Assembly: GCA_045602245.1 (NCBI GenBank)
Contig: JAZSBC010000152.1
Coordinates: 14,503-78,502, forward strand
Length of the DNA stretch: 64,000 nucleotides
Direction: 5' to 3'
Origin: Acutalibacteraceae bacterium
GTDB lineage: Bacteria; Bacillota; Clostridia; Oscillospirales; Acutalibacteraceae
This document shows, piece after piece, positions 28,153 through 37,650 of the stretch (position 1 is the stretch's first letter; every line of letters begins with the position of its first letter). Under the pieces are notes generated by a model. It searched no databases. It saw only the letters and a list, made by a program, of their open reading frames with translations, and was not told where the DNA came from. The translations under genes were made by a program, and so were the position numbers.

Positions 28153-29266
28153 CAAACGAATTCTTATTGCCGCAGGCGGAACGGGCGGTCATATAAACCC
28201 CGCGCTCGGCACTGCAGGTTATATAAAAGAACAGAATCCCACGGCGGAAATCGCTTTTGTCGGCACTGCCGATAAAATGGAAGCAAAGCTTGTACCTCAG
28301 GCAGGCTATGAACTCAAAACCATTGAAATCAGCGGCTTTTGGAGAAGCTTTTCTCCCGATGCAATAAAGCATAATCTCGGCACCGTCAAGAAGCTTCTCA
28401 AATCTTCTTCTCAGATAAAGAAGATACTCAACGATTTCAAGCCCGATCTCGTAATCGGCTTTGGCGGATACGTAAGCGGTCCCGTTCTGCGTATGGCGGC
28501 AAAAAAGGGTATACCCACCGCAATTCACGAACAGAACGCTTATCCGGGCGTTGCCAATAAAGCTGTTGCAGGCAAGGTGGACAGAGTTATGCTCACCGCA
28601 AAGCAGGCTGAACAGTATATGAAGCCAAAAAATCCCTGCGTTGTAACCGGTCTGCCCATCAGAGGCGATATTCTAAAGTCAGACAGAGATTTCGCAAGGG
28701 CTGAACTCAATCTTGGTAATAAACCTCTCGTTCTTTCAATGGGCGGAAGTCTCGGCGCAAAGCCCGTCAACGATGCGATGCTCGGTGTTATTCTGAATAA
28801 ATACAAAGATAACGACTGCGTGTTTCTTCACGCAACGGGCAAGGGCGGAGATTGGTTCACCGAAGAACTCAAGAAGAACGGTGTTGACCTCAGATCAAAC
28901 CCTCACGTAAGGATTGTTGAATATATTGATATTCCCAAGTGTCTGCCTGCCGCAGACCTTGTTGTCTGCCGTTCGGGCGCAAGCACACTCAGTGAGCTTC
29001 AGGCACTCGGTAAGCCGTCGATTCTTATTCCGTCGCCCTATGTTACAGAGAATCATCAGTATCACAACGCTATGGCGCTTGTTAACAACGGTGCGGCTGA
29101 AATCCTTGAAGAAAAAGACCTTACCGCAGACGTGCTGACCGAAAGAGTGAATATGCTTCTTAAAGATAAACAGAAGCTTGAAGAAATCGGCACAAATGCA
29201 AAAAATATGGCTGTTGTTGATGCAACAAAACGTATATACGAAACACTTTGTGAAATAATGAAATAA
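28142..29266 (+). CDS. murG: Undecaprenyl-PP-MurNAc-pentapeptide GlcNAc transferase
   Basis: GGTGGHINP, GFGGYVS, HEQNA, GGSLGA, RSGAST and HQYHNA motifs. Confidence 0.96.
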   Translation: MFDNKRILIAAGGTGGHINPALGTAGYIKEQNPTAEIAFVGTADKMEAKLVPQAGYELKTIEISGFWRSFSPDAIKHNLGTVKKLLKSSSQIKKILNDFKPDLVIGFGGYVSGPVLRMAAKKGIPTAIHEQNAYPGVANKAVAGKVDRVMLTAKQAEQYMKPKNPCVVTGLPIRGDILKSDRDFARAELNLGNKPLVLSMGGSLGAKPVNDAMLGVILNKYKDNDCVFLHATGKGGDWFTEELKKNGVDLRSNPHVRIVEYIDIPKCLPAADLVVCRSGASTLSELQALGKPSILIPSPYVTENHQYHNAMALVNNGAAEILEEKDLTADVLTERVNMLLKDKQKLEEIGTNAKNMAVVDATKRIYETLCEIMK

Positions 29267-29335
29267 AATTCACCAAAATCACGCCTCCCGAATAGTATGG
29301 AACAGAATGTTCGATGCTTCAAAGGAGCGTGGATT

Positions 29336-30592
29336 ATGGAAAAAATCGTTATAAACGGCGGAAGAGAGCTTAACGGAAAAGTGCGGCTGCAAGGCTCAAA
29401 AAACAGCGCGCTTCCAATTCTCGCCGCTGCCGTTGCAGTTGAGGGCGTGAGCGTAATACATAATTGCCCGAACCTTACCGACGTGACTGCGGCGCTGAAA
29501 ATAATTGAACATATCGGCTGCAAAACAAAATGCGAGGGGCATACCGTTACCGTTGATGCAACCAACGTCTGCAGGTGCGATATTCCCGAAAAGCTGATGC
29601 GTGAAATGCGCTCTTCAATAGTTTTTCTCGGCGCTTTGCTTTCCCGTTTCTCGAAGGGGAGCGTTACTCCGCCGGGCGGCTGTGAAATAGGTCTCAGACC
29701 CATTGATTTGCATTTGAGCGCGTTTTCCTCGCTTGGGGTAAAGATATGCTCAAACCGAGGCAGGCTTGAATGTTGCGCGCCCGAAGGGATAAAAGGCGGC
29801 AACATAAACCTTGCATTCCCGAGCGTAGGCGCAACGGAAAATATTATGCTTGCTTGCGTGAGTGCAAACGAAGAGACGGTTATCTGCAATGCGGCAAGAG
29901 AACCTGAAATAATCGACCTTGCCGATTTTCTCAACAAGTGCGGAGCAAGAATAAGCGGAGCAGGGCAGAGCGTTATTCATATCAAGCCTTCAAAAAAACT
30001 TTATTCTGCAGAGCATTGCATTATTCCCGACAGAATAGTCGCTTCAACCTATATGGCGTGTGCGGCGTCAGCAGGCGGCACTGCGGCGGTTGAAGGTGTT
30101 GAAAAAGAACATCTTGCGCCCGTTATTCCCGTTTTTGAAGCGGCAGGATGCAGGATTAACATCAACAAAAACGAGCTTATAATAAAAGCTCCGAAAAAGC
30201 TCTGCGGAGTAAGATATCTCAGAACGATGCCTTATCCGGGATTTCCAACGGATTCACAGGCTATAGTGATGGCGATGCTTGCCACGGCAAACGGAACAAG
30301 CGTTGTTACGGAAAATATTTTTGAAAACAGATTCAGGCACGTTCCCGAACTCGTGAAAATGGGAGCGGATATAAGAGTAGAAAACGGATGTGTTGCCGTT
30401 GTGGAGGGCGTTGAAAAGCTTTTCGGTGCAACGGTAGCGGCAAGTGACCTGCGGGGCGGATGCGCTCTTGCGGTTGCGGCGGTTGGTGCGCAGGGGCAGA
30501 CAGTCATTGCCGACGTTCACCATATCGACAGGGGATGCGAAGATTTTGAGATGAGCCTTTCACGGCTTGGTGCTGATATAAAGAGAATTTGA
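29336..30592 (+). CDS. murA: UDP-GlcNAc 1-carboxyvinyltransferase
   Basis: GSKNSALP, PGGCEIGLRP (active-site Cys present), PGFPTD and DLRGG motifs; RBS AAGGAG. Confidence 0.95.
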   Translation: MEKIVINGGRELNGKVRLQGSKNSALPILAAAVAVEGVSVIHNCPNLTDVTAALKIIEHIGCKTKCEGHTVTVDATNVCRCDIPEKLMREMRSSIVFLGALLSRFSKGSVTPPGGCEIGLRPIDLHLSAFSSLGVKICSNRGRLECCAPEGIKGGNINLAFPSVGATENIMLACVSANEETVICNAAREPEIIDLADFLNKCGARISGAGQSVIHIKPSKKLYSAEHCIIPDRIVASTYMACAASAGGTAAVEGVEKEHLAPVIPVFEAAGCRININKNELIIKAPKKLCGVRYLRTMPYPGFPTDSQAIVMAMLATANGTSVVTENIFENRFRHVPELVKMGADIRVENGCVAVVEGVEKLFGATVAASDLRGGCALAVAAVGAQGQTVIADVHHIDRGCEDFEMSLSRLGADIKRI

Positions 30593-30610
30593 TAAAACGG
30601 TGGAATGTAA

Positions 30611-31552
30611 ATGGACAGAGAAAACAATCAGGAGAATGCACGCAGGCTGACTCCTGAGGAAAGAGCGGCAAGAGTCAAAAAATTAAAACAGAAAAGAAGA
30701 TTCAGGCTGGCAATCGTCGTAACGGCGTTTTTGCTGCTTCTTGCGCTTATCATAAGCCCGATTGTTTTGTTTTTTGTTCTCAGAGTGAAGAATTTTTCGC
30801 TTGAGGGAATAAGCCCCTATCACGGCTATGAAATTATCGAGGCAAGCGGCGTTACTGAAGGCAAGAGCCTTATCTTCCTTAACGTTGATAAGGTGAAAGA
30901 GAATATCGAAAAAACACTTCCTTATACGGATAACGTTGAGGTAACAAGAAAGTTTCCCGATACCCTTGTTATCCGCTACGGCGAAACAACGAAGGCGTTT
31001 GCTTTTCAGCTTTCGGGCAGCTCATACGTGCTTACGGACAGCAACCTCAAGGTGCTTGAACACGCATCGGAGGTTCCTGAAGGGTTGACGCTTATCAAGG
31101 GCGCTGTTCCCGTCAGCTTTGAAGCAGGAGAGGTTATGGCGTTTTCAAAGAATGAAAACGGCGAAACAACAGACAGAACCTTCTCTCTTGTTCTTGAAAT
31201 AACAAAGGCTGTTGCGGAGAATTCGATGAAGGACGTTAACCTCATTGACGTATCCTCCGTCAACGATATTTATCTTATTTATCAGGAAAGGCTGGTACTT
31301 CGCCTCGGCGAATCTTCGGATCTTTCGTCAAAGCTTTCTCTCGGTCAGAGAGTTATTGTTGATGAGGATAAAATCGATCCGATGCAAAGCGCAACAATCA
31401 ATCTCACCATTCCGAAAAAAGCCTACGTTAACCCTGACGATCCCGGGGATATAAAGGAGCTTGTAATTTATAGCGGCGGCGAATGGGAAGAGCCTGAAAC
31501 CAAGCCGGTTGAAGAAAGCTCAACCGAAGAAACGGAAGAAAACGACGAATAA
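30611..31552 (+). CDS. ftsQ: Cell division protein FtsQ/DivIB (POTRA domain)
   Basis: Basic N-terminus, one TM, POTRA-like VTRKFPDTLVI; located upstream of ftsZ. Confidence 0.8.
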   Translation: MDRENNQENARRLTPEERAARVKKLKQKRRFRLAIVVTAFLLLLALIISPIVLFFVLRVKNFSLEGISPYHGYEIIEASGVTEGKSLIFLNVDKVKENIEKTLPYTDNVEVTRKFPDTLVIRYGETTKAFAFQLSGSSYVLTDSNLKVLEHASEVPEGLTLIKGAVPVSFEAGEVMAFSKNENGETTDRTFSLVLEITKAVAENSMKDVNLIDVSSVNDIYLIYQERLVLRLGESSDLSSKLSLGQRVIVDEDKIDPMQSATINLTIPKKAYVNPDDPGDIKELVIYSGGEWEEPETKPVEESSTEETEENDE

Positions 31553-31733
31553 ACAATGATATTTGCCCGAAATTTTGCGGTTTTCGCGTTGTTTCGGGCA
31601 AAATATATTTAATATTGCAAAATAAATGCCGAAAATAAGAGAAATTTTCAATTTGTTCTTGTTTTTTTATTTAATATATGGTATTATAATTCTGTTTTAG
31701 TATACCTTAATATTATTATAGGGGGTCACGAAA

Positions 31734-32984
31734 ATGGCATTCGAAATTGACAATGATTTTGAAAGTGCGGTTCAGATAAAAGTAATCGGCGTCGGCGGCG
31801 GCGGCGGAAATGCAGTTAACCGTATGATCACTCAGGGTGTTCTCGGTGCAGAATTTATCGCCGTTAACACAGACAAGCAGGTGCTTGTTCATTCAAAAGC
31901 AACTCATAAAATCCAGATCGGTGAAAAGTCAACTCACGGTCAGGGTGCAGGCGGCAAGCCTGAAGTTGGTGCAAAGGCTGCCGAAGAAAGCAGAGACGCT
32001 ATTTCTGATGCACACAAAGGCACAGATATGGTATTCATCACCGCAGGTATGGGCGGCGGTACAGGTACCGGCGCAGCTCCCGTTATCGCATCTGTTGCAA
32101 AAGAAATGGGCTGCCTCACCATCGGCGTTGTAACAAAGCCCTTCAAGTTTGAAGGCAGAAGAAGAATGGTTCAGGCTCAGGACGGTATCTCAAAGCTTGC
32201 TGAGCACGTAGACAGCCTTATTGTAATTCCTAACGACAGACTCCGTGCTCTCGACGAGAGAAAGAAGACTATCGCTGAAGCTTTCGCTGAGGCAGACGAA
32301 GTTCTTCTTCAGGGTGTTAAGAGCATTTCAGAGCTTATTAAGATTCCCGGCTTCATCAACCTTGACTTCGCGGACGTTACAAGCGTTATGAAGGATGCAG
32401 GCTATGCTCATATGGGCGTTGGCCGTGCAAAGGGCAAGGACAAGGCAGAATGCTCTGCAAACGCAGCAGTATCAAGCCCGCTTCTTGAAACCTCAATCGC
32501 AGGTGCCAAGGGCGTTATCATCAGCATCACCGCATCAGACGACGTTGATCTTGAAGACGTTGAGAATGCAGCAGAAATCATCACCAACAAGGCTCACGAA
32601 GACGCAAATATCACTTGGGGTATTGCATTCGATCCCGATCTTGATGATGAAATGGTTATCACTGTTATCGCAACAGGTTTTGATTCAACAGTAAAGGCTC
32701 CCGTTGCAGCTCCTGCAGCAACAAATTCTTTTATGGCAGCAATGAATAAAGCTGCAGCTCCTACTCCCGTTGAAGCAGCTCCCGCTCCCGTTGTTAAGCC
32801 TGCTGCACCTGCCGCTCCTGCAGGTCCCAGCATCCCCAACTTCGGTTCATCAAACAACGACGTATCAAGCTTCTCAGCTCCCGCAGCACCCGCTGCACCT
32901 GCCGCTCCCAAGAATGATAACTCATTCGATGATGATCAGTTCTATATTATGATTAACGATATCATCAAGGGCAACGACAAATAA
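31734..32984 (+). CDS. ftsZ: Cell division protein FtsZ
   Basis: [18 protein letters not shown] tubulin signature and INLDFAD. Confidence 0.98.
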   Translation: MAFEIDNDFESAVQIKVIGVGGGGGNAVNRMITQGVLGAEFIAVNTDKQVLVHSKATHKIQIGEKSTHGQGAGGKPEVGAKAAEESRDAISDAHKGTDMVFITAGMGGGTGTGAAPVIASVAKEMGCLTIGVVTKPFKFEGRRRMVQAQDGISKLAEHVDSLIVIPNDRLRALDERKKTIAEAFAEADEVLLQGVKSISELIKIPGFINLDFADVTSVMKDAGYAHMGVGRAKGKDKAECSANAAVSSPLLETSIAGAKGVIISITASDDVDLEDVENAAEIITNKAHEDANITWGIAFDPDLDDEMVITVIATGFDSTVKAPVAAPAATNSFMAAMNKAAAPTPVEAAPAPVVKPAAPAAPAGPSIPNFGSSNNDVSSFSAPAAPAAPAAPKNDNSFDDDQFYIMINDIIKGNDK

Positions 32985-32993
32985 AAAATGATT

Positions 32994-33025
32994 AAATCCC
33001 GTACCGAAAGGTACGGGATTTTTTT
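32994..33025 (+). terminator. ftsZ terminator
   Basis: AAATCCCGTACC-GAAA-GGTACGGGATTT followed by a T run. Confidence 0.9.
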
Positions 33026-33032
33026 GCCGTTT

Positions 33033-33061
33033 AAAAGGCGGTTCATTGCGAACCGCCTTTT
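33033..33061 (-). terminator. Terminator of the MFS gene
   Basis: AAAGGCGGTTC-ATTGC-GAACCGCCTTT. Confidence 0.8.
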
Positions 33062-33063
33062 CT

Positions 33064-35694
33064 TTATTTGTTGGATTTTCTCGCGTTCTGCTTAGCTTTT
33101 TTAATCTGCTTGGCTCTTGATTTTGCTTTGTTTGTTTTCTTTTCTTTCTTATCAAAAGTCTTGATTTTTTCGCCTTTCTTTGCTGCTTCCTTGGCAGCCT
33201 TCTTTGCTGCCTTTTTAGCTGCTTTTTCAGCCTTGAGCTTTTCTTCGTAGGCTTTTTCTGCGGCGGCCTTGCGCTCAGCTTCTGCAGCAGCTTTTGCAAG
33301 CGCTCTTTCGTGGCGGATTTTTGCATCGTCATAGATTGCCGAAATTTCTCCGAGCTTTTGATAATTTTCGCTCTGAGTGAGAATCTTTTTAGCCATAATA
33401 TAGGGTTTTGCGGCGCTTTCAAAGTTTGTTATTTCATCTCTGAGAGCCTTGGTTTCAACTGACATCAACTTAAGCTCTGCGCGGAGCTTTTCAACCTGAG
33501 CCTTTGATTTTTTGATTTTTTCTTTATTCTTTGTTGCTTTGAGATAATCGTTAATCTTCTTGATTTCGGCTTCAATCTTATCCTGAGCGGCATATCTGCG
33601 TTCAAGCTCTGCATAATCGGGCTGAACAAATTCTTTGCCGTTTGCGTAATATTTTTTCAACGCCTTGATTGCCGAAATCTTTCTGTTTGCAATTTCAACA
33701 GCAGCCTTGCGGATTGCCTTATCGCTTATGCTCTTTGCTTCTTTGCGTTCAGCTTTAACGGAGTTAAGGTCGAGATCGAGAATGCCTGAAAGACCGGCGT
33801 TGTAAATTTTTCTGTTTTCTTCAACGATAAATCTGAATTTTTCGGTTGAGAATTTATCAAGCTCTTCGCAAACGAATTTTGCAACTTCGATTTCTTCGTT
33901 ATAAATCAAATCTTCATTATACGCTTTCTTTGCAAGCTTTCTTTCAGCCTTGTCTTTTATTGATTTATAGGATGATTTGTTTACCGTTTTAGGAGCTGCA
34001 ACAGCCATTTCACGGGAAGTGTTGATTATTCCGACAGCTTCAACGAGGTCGCCGTCGTTAAGAACACCGTTGCCGTAGTCTTCAAACATACTGCGGATTT
34101 TAAGAACTCTGATAACTGATTTCTGCTTTTTCTCGTTGAAATCATACCAGATATAAGGGATGACGTTCATCAATGCGCCGACTGCCGCAACAATAACAAG
34201 AACTTTAAGAAGAGGCAAAAGAACATTGGGATCATAAAGAGCATTGGATGCGTTCTCATAAACTTCCTGACCGGCTTCAGCCTGCTCCTGAAGAACCTGT
34301 GCTACGGTTTTTCCGGAGCCAAGCATTCGGTTGAGAATTTCAGGGTTTGAGGTAACTTCCTTTGCCGTAGCTATATTCATACCCTTGATCGCCTGAATTT
34401 TCGGGATAACAAAGCCTGTTACAAGGGTGATAATTGTACCTATCGCAGTAACCGCAGCAAACATACCGTCAATTCTTTCGCCTGAAACATACTGCTGATA
34501 GTCACGGATATCCGCCTGAATTGCAGGGTTGAGTATGTGCATAAATGAACCCATAAATGCATTAAGGTAAAGGCAAGCCAGAATGAGATATATTGTAAGT
34601 CCGTTTATTCCGTTGAGGAAGGGAAGCATCATCAGGATAAACACGATGTTGAACAAGTTTGTAACAACAAGAACGGATTTCTTGCCCCATTTTTTTACGC
34701 ATATGGGAGCAAGCAGCATACCCCAGAGAGAAGCATTGCCGTAAACCGTCTGAATAATAGCAAAGGCATTGCCGTCACAGGCACCGCCATAGTTATAGAG
34801 CCAGCTCATAATGTTGCTGTATGCCGTCTCAAGGAAACCGATCCAACCGGCAAGGGAGATTATCCAGAAATATTTGTTTTTTGCAACTTCTTTGAGCGCA
34901 TCCAAGAATTTAACTTTAACAACGTGGGTGCGAGCCTGAACGATTTTTTCTTCCGTACTCTTGTAAACAACAATACAAAGAAGTATGCCGAGTATGGTGA
35001 GTATGGGGTACAAAAGACGGTAAACACGAATATCGTTTGAGGTTGTGTGGAAAATGTTTTGCGCAATAAAGGGTGAGATAAAATTAACAACTGTAGGTGC
35101 GAATGAATAGACGACGCTCTTTACAGAGGCAACGTCGGTTCTTTCCTGAGTGTTAGGCGAAAGAACGTGAATGAGGTTTTCGTATGCATCATAGAAGAAA
35201 TAATAAAAGAAATGTAAAAAGAAGTTCAGAACAAGGATTACGGCACATTTTGCAACGTAATCGGCATCCCTGTTGAATATCTGACCGTCACCTACAAGAT
35301 AATGGAGGTCTTTGTACGGAAACCAGACCATTACGTTACATATAATTGCGGCAGGGAGTGCCATTGTGACTATGTACGGTCTGTATTTACCTTTTTTACT
35401 TCTGGTGTTATCGATGATTGTTGCTCTTATACCGGTAAGAGGTATATTAACAATAACTGCGATAACGTGAAGTATATACATATCTTCCGGGGTTACGCTG
35501 AGAATGTTCTGAATGAGAAAGTTGTTTGCACCGAGCAGACAGGCTGTGCCGAGGGTTATAATCATATAGGCACCTATACCGCCGCCCGAATAACCGAGAA
35601 TTTCCTTGAAGGTCATATAACGGCCATGCATCGGAGTGTTCCAATAAGTTTTGACCTTAGAAAAAAGACCTTTTGCTTGACTTACGAGGTTCAT
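33064..35694 (-). CDS. MFS (GPH/MFS_2-like) sugar transporter with long Lys/Ala-rich cytoplasmic C-terminal extension
   Basis: RBS AGGAGG before the ATG at 35694. Motifs IDNTRSKKGKYRPY and DYQQYVSGERIDG, about 12 hydrophobic segments, then ~350 hydrophilic aa. Confidence 0.8.
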   Translation of the reverse strand: MNLVSQAKGLFSKVKTYWNTPMHGRYMTFKEILGYSGGGIGAYMIITLGTACLLGANNFLIQNILSVTPEDMYILHVIAVIVNIPLTGIRATIIDNTRSKKGKYRPYIVTMALPAAIICNVMVWFPYKDLHYLVGDGQIFNRDADYVAKCAVILVLNFFLHFFYYFFYDAYENLIHVLSPNTQERTDVASVKSVVYSFAPTVVNFISPFIAQNIFHTTSNDIRVYRLLYPILTILGILLCIVVYKSTEEKIVQARTHVVKVKFLDALKEVAKNKYFWIISLAGWIGFLETAYSNIMSWLYNYGGACDGNAFAIIQTVYGNASLWGMLLAPICVKKWGKKSVLVVTNLFNIVFILMMLPFLNGINGLTIYLILACLYLNAFMGSFMHILNPAIQADIRDYQQYVSGERIDGMFAAVTAIGTIITLVTGFVIPKIQAIKGMNIATAKEVTSNPEILNRMLGSGKTVAQVLQEQAEAGQEVYENASNALYDPNVLLPLLKVLVIVAAVGALMNVIPYIWYDFNEKKQKSVIRVLKIRSMFEDYGNGVLNDGDLVEAVGIINTSREMAVAAPKTVNKSSYKSIKDKAERKLAKKAYNEDLIYNEEIEVAKFVCEELDKFSTEKFRFIVEENRKIYNAGLSGILDLDLNSVKAERKEAKSISDKAIRKAAVEIANRKISAIKALKKYYANGKEFVQPDYAELERRYAAQDKIEAEIKKINDYLKATKNKEKIKKSKAQVEKLRAELKLMSVETKALRDEITNFESAAKPYIMAKKILTQSENYQKLGEISAIYDDAKIRHERALAKAAAEAERKAAAEKAYEEKLKAEKAAKKAAKKAAKEAAKKGEKIKTFDKKEKKTNKAKSRAKQIKKAKQNARKSNK

Positions 35695-35790
35695 ATCTTT
35701 CCTCCTAAAATTTTCATACATTATATATTATCAAAATTAATCCGAATCGTCAAGGTATAATAACATTTTGTGTGAATTATGTTAATTCTA

Positions 35791-35819
35791 TTGAAATTTT
35801 TTGTGTATATTGTTATAAT
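35791..35819 (+). promoter_or_regulatory. Sigma-A promoter of the FGGY kinase
   Basis: TTGAAA-17 bp-TATAAT with TG at the extended -10 position. Confidence 0.65.
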
Positions 35820-35852
35820 ATTTCAGATAATACGCAAACGGAGCGTGATAAT

Positions 35853-37442
35853 ATGGAAAATATCAAAAATGCAATAGCTCAGGGTCAGACGGCTCTTGGC
35901 ATTGAATTCGGTTCAACAAGAATAAAAGCTGTTCTTATCGGCAAAAACCATGAGCCTCTCGCATCGGGCAGCTTTGATTGGGAAAATACTTATGACAACG
36001 GTGTGTGGACATACCCTCTTGAGCAGGTATGGGAAGGTCTTCGCGGCGCATTTGCAAAGCTTAAGGCAAACGTTGAAGAAAAATACGGTGTTAAGCTTAC
36101 AACCGTCGGTGCGCTCGGTATCAGCGGTATGATGCACGGATACCTTGCTTTCGATAAAGAAGGCAACCAGCTTGCACAGTTCAGAACCTGGAGAAACACA
36201 ATTACAGCAAAGTCGGCTGAAGAACTCAGTGCACTTTTTGATTTCAATATTCCTCAGCGCTGGAGCATTGCCCATCTCTATCAGGCAATTCTTAACGGCG
36301 AAGAACACGTTAAGGACGTTGATTTTATTGCAACCCTTGCGGCTTACGTTCATTGGAAGCTTACCGGCAAAAAGGTTATCGGTGTAGGCGAAGCTTCGGG
36401 TATGTTCCCCATCGACAGCGATACCAACGATTATGATAAGAAAATGCTCGCAAAGTTCAACGAAAAAATTGCTCCCTGCGGTTTTGATTGGAAAATTGAA
36501 AATATTCTTCCCGAAGTTCTTGTTGCAGGCGAAAACGCAGGCGTGCTTACCGAAGAGGGCGCTCTTCTTCTTGACCCCACGGGCGAGTTCAAGGCAGGCG
36601 TAACTCTTTGCCCTCCCGAAGGCGACGCAGGCACGGGTATGGTTGCAACCAATTCCGTTGCGGTCAGAACGGGTAACGTTTCCGCAGGCACGTCAATCTT
36701 CCTTATGGTTGTTCTTGAAAAGGCACTCTCAAAGCTTTACCCTGAAATTGATATGGTAACAACCCCTGCAGGCAAGCCTGTTGCAATGGTGCATTGCAAC
36801 AACTGTTCGGGTGAAATTGATGCGTGGGCAGGAATGTTCACCTCATTCTGCAAGGCAATGGGTATGGATGTAAGCATCTATAAGGTACTCGATAAAATGT
36901 TTGAAAAAGCTCTTGAGGGCGATAAGGACTGCGGCGGACTCGTTGCATATAACTACCTTTCGGGCGAAGTTATTACGGGTCTTGACAGCGGCAAGCCTAT
37001 GTTTTTCAGAGGACCCGACAGCAAGTTCACCCTTGAAAACTTTGCAAGAGTTCAGCTTTCATCCGCTGCCGCAACTCTCAGCATCGGTATGGAAATTCTT
37101 GAGGATGAGGATGTTAAGGTTGACAGAATCCTCGGTCACGGCGGTTATTTCAAAGCTCCCGTTGCAGGTCAGAAGATTATGGGTGCGGCGCTCAACGCTC
37201 CCGTTTCCGTTATGAAAACAGCAGGCGAGGGCGGTCCCTGGGGCGTTGCAATTCTTGCGGAATATATGGTAAGCAAGGCTGACGGCGAAACCCTTGACGG
37301 ATACCTTGAAAACAAGGTTTTTGCAGGTCAGGATTCAACCGAAATCGCTCCCGATGCAGATGACATCGCAGGTTTCAAGGCATTCCTTGAAAACTATAAG
37401 AAGGGTCTTGCTGCAGAAAAAGCGGCTGTTGAGGCATTATAA
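35853..37442 (+). CDS. FGGY-family pentulose kinase (L-ribulokinase/xylulokinase-like)
   Basis: [34 protein letters not shown] and GEGGPWG motifs. Confidence 0.88.
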   Translation: MENIKNAIAQGQTALGIEFGSTRIKAVLIGKNHEPLASGSFDWENTYDNGVWTYPLEQVWEGLRGAFAKLKANVEEKYGVKLTTVGALGISGMMHGYLAFDKEGNQLAQFRTWRNTITAKSAEELSALFDFNIPQRWSIAHLYQAILNGEEHVKDVDFIATLAAYVHWKLTGKKVIGVGEASGMFPIDSDTNDYDKKMLAKFNEKIAPCGFDWKIENILPEVLVAGENAGVLTEEGALLLDPTGEFKAGVTLCPPEGDAGTGMVATNSVAVRTGNVSAGTSIFLMVVLEKALSKLYPEIDMVTTPAGKPVAMVHCNNCSGEIDAWAGMFTSFCKAMGMDVSIYKVLDKMFEKALEGDKDCGGLVAYNYLSGEVITGLDSGKPMFFRGPDSKFTLENFARVQLSSAAATLSIGMEILEDEDVKVDRILGHGGYFKAPVAGQKIMGAALNAPVSVMKTAGEGGPWGVAILAEYMVSKADGETLDGYLENKVFAGQDSTEIAPDADDIAGFKAFLENYKKGLAAEKAAVEAL

Positions 37443-37451
37443 AATAAAATG

Positions 37452-37616
37452 TTGACTTTTGTCGGCATACGGAGTATAATTCGATACGCAATTCAAATAA
37501 GTGGTGGAGTCTGTCATAGAATGAATATCATTCTATTTGTTTGAAATTGTGTTTTTGATTATTATTTTTAATCGGAAATACGGCAGAATCTGCGTTTTTG
37601 CGGATTCTGCTTTTTT
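37452..37616 (+). promoter_or_regulatory. Sigma-A promoter plus structured 5' leader with intrinsic terminator (attenuator/riboswitch candidate)
   Basis: TTGACT-17 bp-TATAAT (37452-37480). Terminator GCAGAATCTGC...GCGGATTCTGC-T6 (37583-37616) lies 35 nt before the ATG. Confidence 0.6.
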
Positions 37617-37650
37617 ATTGCAGACGTGCACCCTTGAAAGGGAGTTAAAA

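Noticed and set aside
29336-30592. Intrinsic fosfomycin-resistant MurA
   Set aside because: The active-site Cys is retained (PGGCEIG).
37495-37520. Fluoride riboswitch (GGTGGAGTC resembles GATGGAGTTC)
   Set aside because: Lacks the GGCGATGG...CGCC P1 pairing and the downstream GCTGATGAC element.
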